IMG/VR virus record: IMGVR_UViG_3300025889_000071
Reading direction: 5' to 3' (one strand)
DNA: 64,000 nt
From: a virus
Taxonomy: Duplodnaviria; Caudoviricetes
Both the position numbers and the translations under genes were made by a program. Under the pieces are notes generated by a model. It ran no database searches, was not told the origin of the DNA, and worked only from the letters and a program-made list of their open reading frames with translations. Numbering within the stretch: position 1 is the first letter of the stretch; each line of letters opens with the position of its first letter. Below, piece by piece: positions 55,526 through 64,000 of the stretch.

Positions 55526-55905
55526 TGGAACTCAAAGATTGGTTGAACTCAATAACCTTTAATAAGGAAAACCTTATTAAAGAAAACCCCGATATCGTTA
55601 AACAATATCCTCCATACATCATCAATCGTTGTCTTTCTGGACACATAGATTGCATAATGTTTGCTAATGAGATGAATAGAAATCATCAGTTAGATAAAGA
55701 TATGCAATATTCATTTTATCTAAATAGTTTGAGGAAAAAGAAGAGATTCTCTCCCTGGTTAAAACAAGACAAAATCAAAGACCTTGAATACGTCAAGAAA
55801 TACTATGGATATAGTAATGAAAAGGCAAAACAAGCTTTGAAAATTCTCACAAAGGAACAAATCAACTTTATTAAATCGAAATTTGAGACTGGAGGAAAAC
55901 GATGA
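55525..55905 (+). CDS. gp62: Clamp loader small subunit gp62
   Basis: WLNSI, YPPYIINR.LS, KKRFSPW, YYGYSNEKA. Confidence 0.92.
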   Translation: MELKDWLNSITFNKENLIKENPDIVKQYPPYIINRCLSGHIDCIMFANEMNRNHQLDKDMQYSFYLNSLRKKKRFSPWLKQDKIKDLEYVKKYYGYSNEKAKQALKILTKEQINFIKSKFETGGKR

Positions 55906-56339
55906 GTGGAACTATTGAACCTACCGTAGAATGGTCGGCAGATAAAATGGTAGAAGTGATTCTGGGAGAACCAGATGACTTTCTCAAGGTTCGTGAAACA
56001 TTGACAAGAATTGGTGTTGCTTCTCGCAAAGAAAAGAAACTTTATCAATCTTGCCATATTCTTCATAAGCAAGGAAGATATTATATTGTTCACTTTAAGG
56101 AATTGTTTGCACTGGATGGCAAACGTGCTAATCTTACTGTAAATGATGTCCAACGTAGGAATCGTATTACAAGATTGCTTTCTGATTGGGGATTGATTGA
56201 TATTGTAAATGAGGAATTGATTCTTGATATTGCTCCTCTTAATCAAATTAAAGTTTTGGCTTATAAAGACAAGAACGATTGGATTCTTGAGCAGAAATAC
56301 AATATTGGGAAACGAACCAAAGAGCAGGAAACCGAATAA
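55902..56339 (+). CDS. regA: Translational repressor RegA
   Basis: DDFLKVRETLTRIG, LYQSCHILHKQGRYYIVHFKELF.LDG. Confidence 0.97.
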   Translation: MSGTIEPTVEWSADKMVEVILGEPDDFLKVRETLTRIGVASRKEKKLYQSCHILHKQGRYYIVHFKELFALDGKRANLTVNDVQRRNRITRLLSDWGLIDIVNEELILDIAPLNQIKVLAYKDKNDWILEQKYNIGKRTKEQETE

Positions 56340-56345
56340 AAAGAT

Positions 56346-56370
56346 ACGGGGTTCCACACCCCGTTTTTTT
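56346..56370 (+). terminator. Intrinsic terminator after regA
   Basis: acggggt-tccac-accccgt followed by a T-tract. Confidence 0.85.
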
Positions 56371-56377
56371 ATGGAAG

Positions 56378-56386
56378 TGTTATAAT
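56378..56386 (+). promoter_or_regulatory. Extended -10 promoter TGnTATAAT for hsp20
   Basis: tgttataat about 58 nt upstream of the ATG. Confidence 0.7.
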
Positions 56387-56391
56387 TAGTA

Positions 56392-56447
56392 GTGGATGCC
56401 GTAAGGGTCCACACAACGCAATCTCGCTTTTAGGAGAGCTACAAATG
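56392..56447 (+). promoter_or_regulatory. Two-hairpin 5' UTR, ROSE-like RNA thermometer candidate
   Basis: GUAA-capped hairpin 56392-56412; UCUCGCU pairs with AGGAGA (SD) leaving a bulged G. Confidence 0.6.
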
Positions 56448-56879
56448 ACTAACTTAATGAAGTATAATGCTGCCAATTTGGATCAGCTTCTAGACCGCAT
56501 AAGTAGGAATAGCATCGGTATGGACGAATACTTTGATCGTCTATTCAACCTTCACGAAACAACATCAAACTATCCACCATATAATCTAGTCACGGTCAGC
56601 AACGTAGAATCTAGACTGGAACTAGCACTAGCAGGATTTAAAAAGAAAGAAGTCTATGTCTACACACAAGATGGTAAACTCTTTGTCGAAGGTCAGAAAG
56701 AAGACAAAGAAACGGAAACAAAATATCTTCACAAGGGTCTGGCTCAACGGTCGTTTACACGAGCGTGGACACTCTCTGAAGACACGGAAGTTAGATCAGT
56801 TGATTTTGAGGATGGGCTTTTGAGTATTGTGCTTGGAAAAGTTGTTCCCGAAGCACACAAACGTAAGGATTATCTGTAA
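56445..56879 (+). CDS. hsp20: Small heat shock protein Hsp20
   Basis: NYPPYNL, LALAGF, YLHKGLAQRSFTR, DGLL. Confidence 0.95.
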   Translation: MTNLMKYNAANLDQLLDRISRNSIGMDEYFDRLFNLHETTSNYPPYNLVTVSNVESRLELALAGFKKKEVYVYTQDGKLFVEGQKEDKETETKYLHKGLAQRSFTRAWTLSEDTEVRSVDFEDGLLSIVLGKVVPEAHKRKDYL

Positions 56880-56918
56880 ATCTTAACAATTAATTTATAA
56901 TTTAGTTGTGGTTGCTAC

Positions 56919-56947
56919 AAAAGTGTATCATAGTGATACACTTTTTT
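56919..56947. terminator. Perfect 12-bp inverted repeat, probable (bidirectional) terminator or operator
   Basis: aaaagtgtatca-tag-tgatacactttt. Confidence 0.55.
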
Positions 56948-56979
56948 CTATATAATTATGTAACAGTTTGGAGGAAACT

Positions 56980-57063
56980 ATGAACTTTACCATATCCACT
57001 TTATTATTTGGAACTGCTTCCACTCTTTTTTTCGGATGGCCAATCGCCTTCTTGGTTTCATAA
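56980..57063 (+). CDS. 27-aa hydrophobic micro-protein
   Basis: ggagg SD, TATAAT at 56951; MNFTISTLLFGTASTLFFGWPIAFLVS. Confidence 0.5.
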   Translation: MNFTISTLLFGTASTLFFGWPIAFLVS

Positions 57064-57106
57064 TACTTCCTGACTAAATAATCATCTATTAAGTATTAAT
57101 ACTCAT

Positions 57107-57193
57107 ATGGAACTTCTAGCAATCCCAGCAATCTTAACCGCAATTGGCGGATCAATCTTCGGAGCATATAAACTCACACCAAAAACCAAATAA
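57107..57193 (+). CDS. 28-aa single-TM micro-protein
   Basis: TAAATA at 57075-57080; MELLAIPAILTAIGGSIFGAYKLTPKTK. Confidence 0.5.
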   Translation: MELLAIPAILTAIGGSIFGAYKLTPKTK

Positions 57194-57220
57194 ATAAAAC
57201 TGAATATCGTCGCTGCAGAC

Positions 57221-57265
57221 GGGGAGGTAACTGGCTAAATCCAGTTGACACCTCCTCTTTTTTTT
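57221..57265 (+). terminator. Long hairpin with T-tract
   Basis: ggggaggt-aactgg-ctaaat-ccagtt-gac-acctcctc followed by T-tract. Confidence 0.7.
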
Positions 57266-57273
57266 CTTATAAT
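57245..57273 (+). promoter_or_regulatory. Perfect sigma70 consensus promoter TTGACA-17-TATAAT
   Basis: Exact consensus, upstream of the gp43 operon. Confidence 0.85.
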
Positions 57274-57296
57274 TATAAAGAGGTATAATAAAAGTA

Positions 57297-57728
57297 ATGA
57301 CTGTCAAAATTTTAATGCTTAAATCTGGCGAAGATGTGATTGCAGATGTAAGTGAAATGGTTTCTCCAGAAGAAAGACTTCTTGGATATTTCATGAAAAA
57401 ACCATATGTAGTCAAACTTCATCATAATGAATCTTTTGAAGAAAAATCTGACCCTGATAAAAAGACTGAATTTTCTATTAAATTATATCCATGGATGCCT
57501 ATTGCCAAAGAAAAAACAGTCCCTATTCCTGTTGATTGGGTTGTATCTATGGTTACTCCAATAGATAAACTGGAAGAGTTGTATGTGAATAGTTTGGGTA
57601 AAACATGTAAAGATAAAGAAGACGATATTAACGTATGGGATCCTGGTTTGGATAGAAATGAATCTAATGGAGATGGAAAAAATGTCGGAAACGAAGATGA
57701 TCAAAGTGATTCTGTTAGTGAACAGTGA
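57297..57728 (+). CDS. Hypothetical protein (possible Sm-like fold)
   Basis: VKILMLKSGEDVIAD motif. Confidence 0.7.
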   Translation: MTVKILMLKSGEDVIADVSEMVSPEERLLGYFMKKPYVVKLHHNESFEEKSDPDKKTEFSIKLYPWMPIAKEKTVPIPVDWVVSMVTPIDKLEELYVNSLGKTCKDKEDDINVWDPGLDRNESNGDGKNVGNEDDQSDSVSEQ

Positions 57729-57945
57729 AAGATTAATTAGTGAAATTGAGGAAGTTGTTGCCGATATCGGCCAACCAGATTGTAAACTGATTAAACCACA
57801 TGAAATTTGGGAAGGTCCTAATTTGTGTCCATGGATGATGGACGTTACTAAACAGGATACTTTTATGATAAGCTCTGACAAGATTCTTACTCTTGTAGAT
57901 CCAACTCCTACTCTTCTTGAAAAATACGAGGACCTTATTAAATAA
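57697..57945 (+). CDS. Hypothetical protein (possible Sm-like fold)
   Basis: MIKVILLVNSERLISEI; TAATG coupled to gp43; start may be 57682. Confidence 0.65.
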   Translation: MIKVILLVNSERLISEIEEVVADIGQPDCKLIKPHEIWEGPNLCPWMMDVTKQDTFMISSDKILTLVDPTPTLLEKYEDLIK

Positions 57946-60449
57946 TGAGTCAAGACTTTTATACTAATGTTCAACTAGTTGGTAATAATATTCTAGTTCG
58001 TGGTGTTGAGAATGGAAAAAGAATTGAAAAGCGAGAAGAGTTTTATCCAACTCTTTTCGTTAAATCTGAAAAAAGAACAAAGTATAAAACTTTAGATGGT
58101 AATTATGTAGAATCTATTAAACCTGGAACAGTTCGGGATTGTAGGGAATTTTATAAGAAGTATGAAGGTGTAGAAAATTTTAAAGTATACGGAAACGAGA
58201 GATATATCTATCAGTATATTTCTGACAAATATCCTGGTGACATTAAATTTGATACCAGTAAAATTAAAATCACAACTCTTGATATTGAGGTTGCATCAGA
58301 GAATGGATTTCCTGATGTAGAATCTGCTGCAGAAGAAGTTCTTCTAATTACAATTCAAGATTATGAGACCAAGCAAATACGTACTTGGGGTCGTGGGCCT
58401 TTTGATAATAAACAAAAGAATGTTATCTATAAAGGATTTCGTACCGAGCATGAACTTTTAAGCAGTTTCATTAACTGGTGGATGATTGAGAGCAACACAC
58501 CAGATGTTGTGACTGGATGGAATAGTGAATTGTATGACATTCCATATTTGGTTCGTCGTATTGATCGTATTCTTGGCGAAAAGTTGATGAAACGAATGTC
58601 ACCTTGGGGATTGGTGACAGAAAAGGAAACGTTCATACAAGGTCGCAAACACATTTCTTATGATGTTGGTGGCATTACACAACTTGATTACCTAAATCTT
58701 TATAAGAAGTTCACTTATAAAGCGCAGGAATCCTATCGTCTGGATTACATTGCGAGTGTAGAACTTGGTCAAAAAAAGTTGGATCACTCCGAGTTTGATA
58801 CTTTTAAAGACTTCTACACAAATGGGTGGCAAAAGTTTGTAGAATATAATATCATTGACGTGGAACTTGTTGACCGTATGGAAGACAAGATGAAACTCAT
58901 CGAACTTGCTCTTACTATGGCCTATGATGCGAAAGCAAACTATGCCGATGTTTTTTCACAAGTTCGTATGTGGGATACTATTATCTTTAATTATTTGAAA
59001 GAAAAGAATATAGTAATCCCTCAAAAAGAAGTTTCTTCCAAAAACGAAAAGTATGCAGGTGCTTATGTTAAGGAACCGATTCCAGGAAAGTATGATTGGG
59101 TTGTGTCTTTTGACCTCAACTCTCTGTATCCTCATCTTATTATGCAGTACAACATCTCCCCAGAGACGTTACGGGATTCCCGCCACCCATCAGTCACAGT
59201 TGATAAGATACTTAACGAAGAACTGACCTTTGAGATGTATAAGGACAATTCGGTATGTGCCAATGGTGCTATGTACCGTAAGGATGTTCGTGGATTTCTG
59301 CCAGAACTGATGGAGAAGATCTATAAGGATCGGACTATCTATAAAAAGAAGATGCTTCAGGCAAAGCAAGATTATGAAAAGACACCTACCAAAGCACTTG
59401 AGAAAGAGATTGCAAGATGCAACAATATTCAGATGGCTCGCAAGATTCAACTCAACTCTGCATATGGTGCTATTGGTAATCAGTACTTTAGGTACTATAA
59501 ACTGGCCAATGCGGAGGCGATTACGCTTTCTGGTCAAGTCTCTATCCGTTGGATTGAGAATCGGATGAACGAATATCTAAATAAGATTTTGCAAACGGAT
59601 GGGGAAGATTATGTCATCGCATCTGACACTGACTCAATCTATCTTAATATGGGACCTCTTGTTAATAAATTTCTTGATAGTAAGTCTGACGATAAAACAA
59701 AGATTGTTACTCTACTTGATAAGATCTGCCAAGACAAATTGGAACCATTCATCGAATCCAGTTATCAGGAACTTGCGGAGTATGTTCAGGCATATGAACA
59801 GAAAATGATCATGAAGCGTGAGAATATTGCTGATCGTGGTATTTGGACTGCGAAGAAGCGTTATATCCTCAACGTGTGGAACAGTGAAGGTGTTCAGTAT
59901 TCTGAACCAAAACTGAAAATGATGGGTATTGAGGCAGTTAAATCATCTACTCCTGCACCATGTCGGAAGATGATTAAGGATGGCCTTAAACTGATGATGA
60001 ATGGAACTGAAGATGAAGTCATTGAGTTCATTGATGAATGTCGTCGTGAATTTAAGACACTTCCCCCAGAATCTATTGCTTTTCCAAGAACAGCTTCTGA
60101 TGTTCAAAAATATAAATCTCATTCCAGCATTTATATAAAGGGAACTCCCATTCATATTCGCGGTTCTCTTCTGTTTAATCATTACATTAAAGAGAAGAAA
60201 CTTACAAATAAATATTCTCTTATTAATAATGGGGAAAAAATTAAGTTCCTATATTTGAAAAAACCAAATATTATTCATGAAAATATTATCTCATTCATTT
60301 CTGATTTTCCTAGGGAACTTGATCTTGACAGATACATAGATTATGACCTACAATTTGAAAAAAGTTTTGTTGAACCAATTAAAACAATACTTGATGCGAT
60401 TGGATGGTCTATTGAAAAAGTTGTAAGTTTGGAGGACTTCTTTTCATGA
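57945..60449 (+). CDS. gp43: Family B DNA polymerase gp43
   Basis: DIE exonuclease motif, SFDLNSLYP, KIQLNSAYG, DTDS. Confidence 0.99.
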   Translation: MSQDFYTNVQLVGNNILVRGVENGKRIEKREEFYPTLFVKSEKRTKYKTLDGNYVESIKPGTVRDCREFYKKYEGVENFKVYGNERYIYQYISDKYPGDIKFDTSKIKITTLDIEVASENGFPDVESAAEEVLLITIQDYETKQIRTWGRGPFDNKQKNVIYKGFRTEHELLSSFINWWMIESNTPDVVTGWNSELYDIPYLVRRIDRILGEKLMKRMSPWGLVTEKETFIQGRKHISYDVGGITQLDYLNLYKKFTYKAQESYRLDYIASVELGQKKLDHSEFDTFKDFYTNGWQKFVEYNIIDVELVDRMEDKMKLIELALTMAYDAKANYADVFSQVRMWDTIIFNYLKEKNIVIPQKEVSSKNEKYAGAYVKEPIPGKYDWVVSFDLNSLYPHLIMQYNISPETLRDSRHPSVTVDKILNEELTFEMYKDNSVCANGAMYRKDVRGFLPELMEKIYKDRTIYKKKMLQAKQDYEKTPTKALEKEIARCNNIQMARKIQLNSAYGAIGNQYFRYYKLANAEAITLSGQVSIRWIENRMNEYLNKILQTDGEDYVIASDTDSIYLNMGPLVNKFLDSKSDDKTKIVTLLDKICQDKLEPFIESSYQELAEYVQAYEQKMIMKRENIADRGIWTAKKRYILNVWNSEGVQYSEPKLKMMGIEAVKSSTPAPCRKMIKDGLKLMMNGTEDEVIEFIDECRREFKTLPPESIAFPRTASDVQKYKSHSSIYIKGTPIHIRGSLLFNHYIKEKKLTNKYSLINNGEKIKFLYLKKPNIIHENIISFISDFPRELDLDRYIDYDLQFEKSFVEPIKTILDAIGWSIEKVVSLEDFFS

Positions 60450-60643
60450 AGGATCAAAATTCTATTGATGATGAAGAGTCTAAACAAATTAAATGGAACA
60501 GGGGACTTGATTTATTCATTGAATCAGTTTTAAAACCGGACCATGCACTTAGAGAATGTGCACACAATCAAAAATGTTATCATGAACTAATGGATATTCG
60601 TGATGATGTACTGGAATACTTGAAAACCAAACGTTGGAACTAA
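60446..60643 (+). CDS. Hypothetical protein
   Basis: ATGA and TAATG coupled between gp43 and uvsX. Confidence 0.65.
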   Translation: MKDQNSIDDEESKQIKWNRGLDLFIESVLKPDHALRECAHNQKCYHELMDIRDDVLEYLKTKRWN

Positions 60644-61662
60644 TGGATTTTTTAAAAGATATTGTAAAAGAGATTGGTGATGATTATACCAAACTCGCAG
60701 CAGACATTGATGAGACTGAAACTTATGTTGACACAGGTTCGTACATTTTTAATGCACTGGTGTCAGGTAGTGTATTTGGTGGTGTATCTGGGAATAAGAT
60801 TACTGCTATTGCTGGAGAGTCTTCTACTGGAAAAACTTTCTTCAGTCTCGCCGTTGTTAAGAATTTTCTCGATTCCAATCCCGATGGTTATTGTCTCTAT
60901 TTTGATACTGAAGCAGCTGTCAATAAGTCACTCCTAGAAAGTCGTGGAGTTGATCTCACTCGAACTGTAGTTGTAAATGTTGTCACAGTAGAAGACTTTC
61001 GTAGCAAAGCACTCAAGGCAGTTGATATTTACTTAAAAAACCCTGAAGAAGAACGCAAACCCTGTATGTTTGTGTTAGACTCTTTAGGAATGCTTTCAAC
61101 GGAAAAGGAAATCAATGATGCTCTGAACGATAAGCAGGTTCGTGATATGACGAAATCTCAACTTATCAAAGGTGCCTTCAGGATGTTGACTTTGAAGTTG
61201 GGGCAGGCTAACATTCCTATGATTGTGACAAACCACACTTATGATGTCATCGGTTCTTATGTTCCTACTAAAGAGATGGGCGGTGGTTCTGGTCTTAAGT
61301 ATGCTGCCAGTACCATCATTTATCTCAGCAAGAAAAAAGAAAAAGATGGAACAGAAATTGTCGGAAATCTTATCAAAGCAAAGACTGCTAAGTCGCGTTT
61401 AAGTAAGGAGAACAAGGATGTTACAGTACGTCTTTATTACGATGAGCGTGGTCTTGATCGATATTATGGTCTTCTTGAACTCGGTGAGATTGGCGGACTT
61501 TGGAAAAACGTTGCTGGTCGATATGAAATGACTGTTGATGGTGAGACCAAAAAAGTATATGCCAAAGCAATTCTAAAAGAACCTGAAACTTATTTCACTC
61601 CCGAAGTGATGCAACAACTTGACGAGATCGCAAAGAAAGAATTCTCTTATGGAACGAATTGA
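60643..61662 (+). CDS. uvsX: RecA-like recombinase UvsX
   Basis: AGESSTGKT, VLDSLG, TNHTY, MGGGSGLKYAAS. Confidence 0.96.
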   Translation: MDFLKDIVKEIGDDYTKLAADIDETETYVDTGSYIFNALVSGSVFGGVSGNKITAIAGESSTGKTFFSLAVVKNFLDSNPDGYCLYFDTEAAVNKSLLESRGVDLTRTVVVNVVTVEDFRSKALKAVDIYLKNPEEERKPCMFVLDSLGMLSTEKEINDALNDKQVRDMTKSQLIKGAFRMLTLKLGQANIPMIVTNHTYDVIGSYVPTKEMGGGSGLKYAASTIIYLSKKKEKDGTEIVGNLIKAKTAKSRLSKENKDVTVRLYYDERGLDRYYGLLELGEIGGLWKNVAGRYEMTVDGETKKVYAKAILKEPETYFTPEVMQQLDEIAKKEFSYGTN

Positions 61663-63022
61663 GACCACTATTCTCAGAAACTTAATACATAATGAAGATT
61701 ATTCTCGTAAGGTCATTCCATTTATTGAACCATCTTATTTTGAGCAAAGATCCGAAAAGGTAATCTTTGAAGAGATTACCCAGTTTATTGTAAAGTATGG
61801 CTCTGCAATTACATCTGAAGCACTAAATATTGAGGTTGAGAATAGAACAGATCTGAACGAGAGTGAAATTAAAGAGACAAGAGATATTTGCAATTCTTTT
61901 AATGACTCTCCTGTAGATCATCAATGGTTGCTAGACACTACTGAAAAGTGGTGCCGTGACCGTGCGATTTATCTTGCCTTGATGGAATCGATCAGCATTG
62001 CTGATGGTCAAGATGATAAGAAGAATCGGGATGCGATTCCGAGTATTCTGTCAGATGCTCTGGCAGTTTCTTTTGATAATAATATTGGACATGATTACTT
62101 ACAAAACTACGAAGAAAGATATGACTACTATCACAAGAAGGAAGACAAGATTCCCTTTGATCTCGAATACTTTAACAAAATCACAAAAGGTGGTCTACCT
62201 AACAAGACTCTTAATGTCGCGCTCGCTGGTACAGGTGTCGGCAAGTCTCTATTCATGTGCCACGTCGCTAGCTCCGTGTTGCTCCAAGGACGGAACGTTC
62301 TCTATATTACAATGGAGATGGCAGAAGAGAAAATTGCTGAACGAATTGACGCAAACCTATTGAATGTTCCGATTCAAAACCTGACAGATCTTCCAAAGTC
62401 AATGTTTGAAAATAAAGTAACAAATCTTGCAAAGAAAACTCAAGGATCTCTTATAATTAAAGAGTATCCTACAGCATCAGCACATAGTGGACATTTTAAA
62501 GCACTTCTTAATGAACTTGCACTTAAGAAGTCATTTAGACCTGATATTATTTTCATTGATTACCTTAATATATGTGCTTCCTCCCGCTATAAGTCAGGCA
62601 TGTCTGTCAATTCATATAGCTATATTAAAGCAATTGCAGAAGAACTTAGAGGGTTGGCTGTCGAAGCCGAGGTCCCTATCGTATCTGCCACCCAGACCAC
62701 TCGTTCTGGTTATGGTAGCTCTGATGTTGACCTTACTGACACTTCTGAGTCCTTTGGTCTCCCTGCTACTGCTGATCTTATGTTTGCCCTTATTAGCACA
62801 GAGGAACTTGAACAGATTGGACAGATTATGGTGAAGCAGTTGAAGAATCGATACAATGACCCAACAGTGAATAAAAGATTTATTGTGGGTATCGATCGTG
62901 CAAAGATGCGTCTTTATGATTGTGAACAAACTGCACAAGACAACATACTTGACTCTGGGCAAGAAGAGGAGTATAATTACGAAGATAAACCTAAGAAGTC
63001 ATTTGACGGATTCAAGTTTTGA
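61649..63022 (+). CDS. gp41: Replicative helicase gp41
   Basis: AGTGVGKS, IFIDYLN, SATQTTRSG, VKQLKNRY. Confidence 0.97.
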   Translation: MERIETTILRNLIHNEDYSRKVIPFIEPSYFEQRSEKVIFEEITQFIVKYGSAITSEALNIEVENRTDLNESEIKETRDICNSFNDSPVDHQWLLDTTEKWCRDRAIYLALMESISIADGQDDKKNRDAIPSILSDALAVSFDNNIGHDYLQNYEERYDYYHKKEDKIPFDLEYFNKITKGGLPNKTLNVALAGTGVGKSLFMCHVASSVLLQGRNVLYITMEMAEEKIAERIDANLLNVPIQNLTDLPKSMFENKVTNLAKKTQGSLIIKEYPTASAHSGHFKALLNELALKKSFRPDIIFIDYLNICASSRYKSGMSVNSYSYIKAIAEELRGLAVEAEVPIVSATQTTRSGYGSSDVDLTDTSESFGLPATADLMFALISTEELEQIGQIMVKQLKNRYNDPTVNKRFIVGIDRAKMRLYDCEQTAQDNILDSGQEEEYNYEDKPKKSFDGFKF

Positions 63023-63264
63023 TTTACTATACAGTATATGATAGTAAAGGAAATAAGATTGCTGATTGTGGAAACGAAAGAGATGCTAAATGGTTAGCAG
63101 AATGTCGTAAAGGCACTTTCAAATCTAATCGTTTGGAGTGGAAAGAAACAGTCACTATTGAACCTTTGGAATCTCTAAAGATTCCTTCTATCAAAATTGG
63201 GGGTCAGGAAATCCCCCTACAGCAAAAATTACCAGACACACAACAACAACCTTTGGACTTATGA
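63019..63264 (+). CDS. Hypothetical protein
   Basis: TTG start overlapping the gp41 stop; ATGA overlap with mazG. Confidence 0.55.
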   Translation: MIYYTVYDSKGNKIADCGNERDAKWLAECRKGTFKSNRLEWKETVTIEPLESLKIPSIKIGGQEIPLQQKLPDTQQQPLDL

Positions 63265-63725
63265 CCATTTCAATTAGCAAAGAAGATACACCTGAAGGAA
63301 CTAAATTTACTATGTTTGAAAGAAAAATTGATTTTGAACGTTATCAAAAATTTGTGGATGCTGTTACTAGCGACGCCTCTACTGATTTTGTTGCCCTTAG
63401 TGATCGTCTTGTCGAACTTGACGAAAAGGGTGCCAATATTGAACGACTTCTTACTGCTGGCGTTGGAATCAATGCTGAGGGTGGTGAGTTTCTTGAAATC
63501 ATCAAGAAGATGGTTTTTCAGGGAAAACCTTGGGACGACCATAACCGTGAGCATCTTATTATTGAACTCGGTGATCTTATGTGGTATGCTGCTCAAGCCT
63601 GCATGGCACTCGGTGTTTCATTCGATGATGTGATTGCCCGCAATGTGAAGAAACTAGAAGCACGATATCCTGGTGGTGCATTTGATGTATACTATTCTGA
63701 AAATCGTGCGGAGGGAGACCTGTGA
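63261..63725 (+). CDS. mazG: MazG-like nucleotide pyrophosphohydrolase
   Basis: GINAEGGEF..IIKK, ELGDLMWY, NVKKL.ARYP. Confidence 0.93.
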   Translation: MTISISKEDTPEGTKFTMFERKIDFERYQKFVDAVTSDASTDFVALSDRLVELDEKGANIERLLTAGVGINAEGGEFLEIIKKMVFQGKPWDDHNREHLIIELGDLMWYAAQACMALGVSFDDVIARNVKKLEARYPGGAFDVYYSENRAEGDL

Positions 63726-63907
63726 GTGAAGAAAAGAAAGTAGCATTAGAACTGTCTGTATATCAGGCAGCAGCAATTCGTGAGTCTTTGTTTACCGACA
63801 CTAAACTGTATACATATGGTGATGCGTGTCCTGAACGAGTTTCTCAAATTCGTGAAGCAATCGTTCAGATTGACAATCAACTTGAAGAGATACTGAAAGA
63901 AGACTGA
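63722..63907 (+). CDS. Hypothetical protein
   Basis: GTG start overlapping the mazG stop, gaggg SD. Confidence 0.6.
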   Translation: MSEEKKVALELSVYQAAAIRESLFTDTKLYTYGDACPERVSQIREAIVQIDNQLEEILKED

Positions 63908-64000
63908 TGTATACGATTTTTAACTACTTGACAGCATTCTGGACGGTAGTTATAATGAATTGTATACAACCTGTTAACTGGCAGTATTGCTATCGGGTTG

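Noticed and set aside
56904-56919. NtcA-like site AGTT-N8-TACA
   Set aside because: Mismatch in the GTA half-site and the adjacent palindrome has N9 spacing, so support is too weak to call.
57945-60449. Intein or intron in gp43
   Set aside because: Length (834 aa) and continuous polymerase motifs leave no room for an insertion.
63962-63985. Third copy of the N10 dyad motif (GTATACA-N10-TGGCAGT)
   Set aside because: Arms pair poorly and the downstream context is cut by the window edge.
1-64000. tRNA, rRNA or photosynthesis genes (psbA, hli)
   Set aside because: No T-loop/cloverleaf or photosystem motifs seen by eye; a tRNAscan-SE run would be needed to exclude tRNAs formally.

Overview
Core 64 kb of a T4-like myovirus genome. 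Gene content and order (gp13-gp23, gp3, uvsY/W, gp55, gp47/46, cobS-like ATPase, gp45/44/62, regA, hsp20, gp43, uvsX, gp41, mazG) best match T4-like cyanophages, but the host is an inference because no photosynthesis gene lies in the window. Almost all genes are on the + strand, with many TAAATA late promoters in the structural half and sigma70-like promoters in the replication half. Highlights: (1) terminase gp17 is fractured into two genes by an atypical split intein (29-aa IntN, 103-aa IntC) with a GIY-YIG homing endonuclease between them; (2) a ~19 kb accessory island between gp16 and gp17 holds a 1620-aa proline-free collagen-like fibre, three paralogous 12-repeat Kelch-like proteins that share identical DNA repeats across genes (one ends in a circularly permuted MAM-like domain), four different 2OG-Fe(II) oxygenases, three glycosyltransferases (two fused to methyltransferases) and a fibre chaperone, suggesting a virion-protein hydroxylation/glycosylation system; (3) a ROSE-like RNA thermometer appears to sit in front of the phage hsp20; (4) candidate protease-processed internal head proteins; (5) dyad and direct-repeat promoter motifs before a vWA/MoxR pair. 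No tRNA, rRNA, CRISPR array or reverse transcriptase was seen. All product calls come from motif recognition, not database searches.
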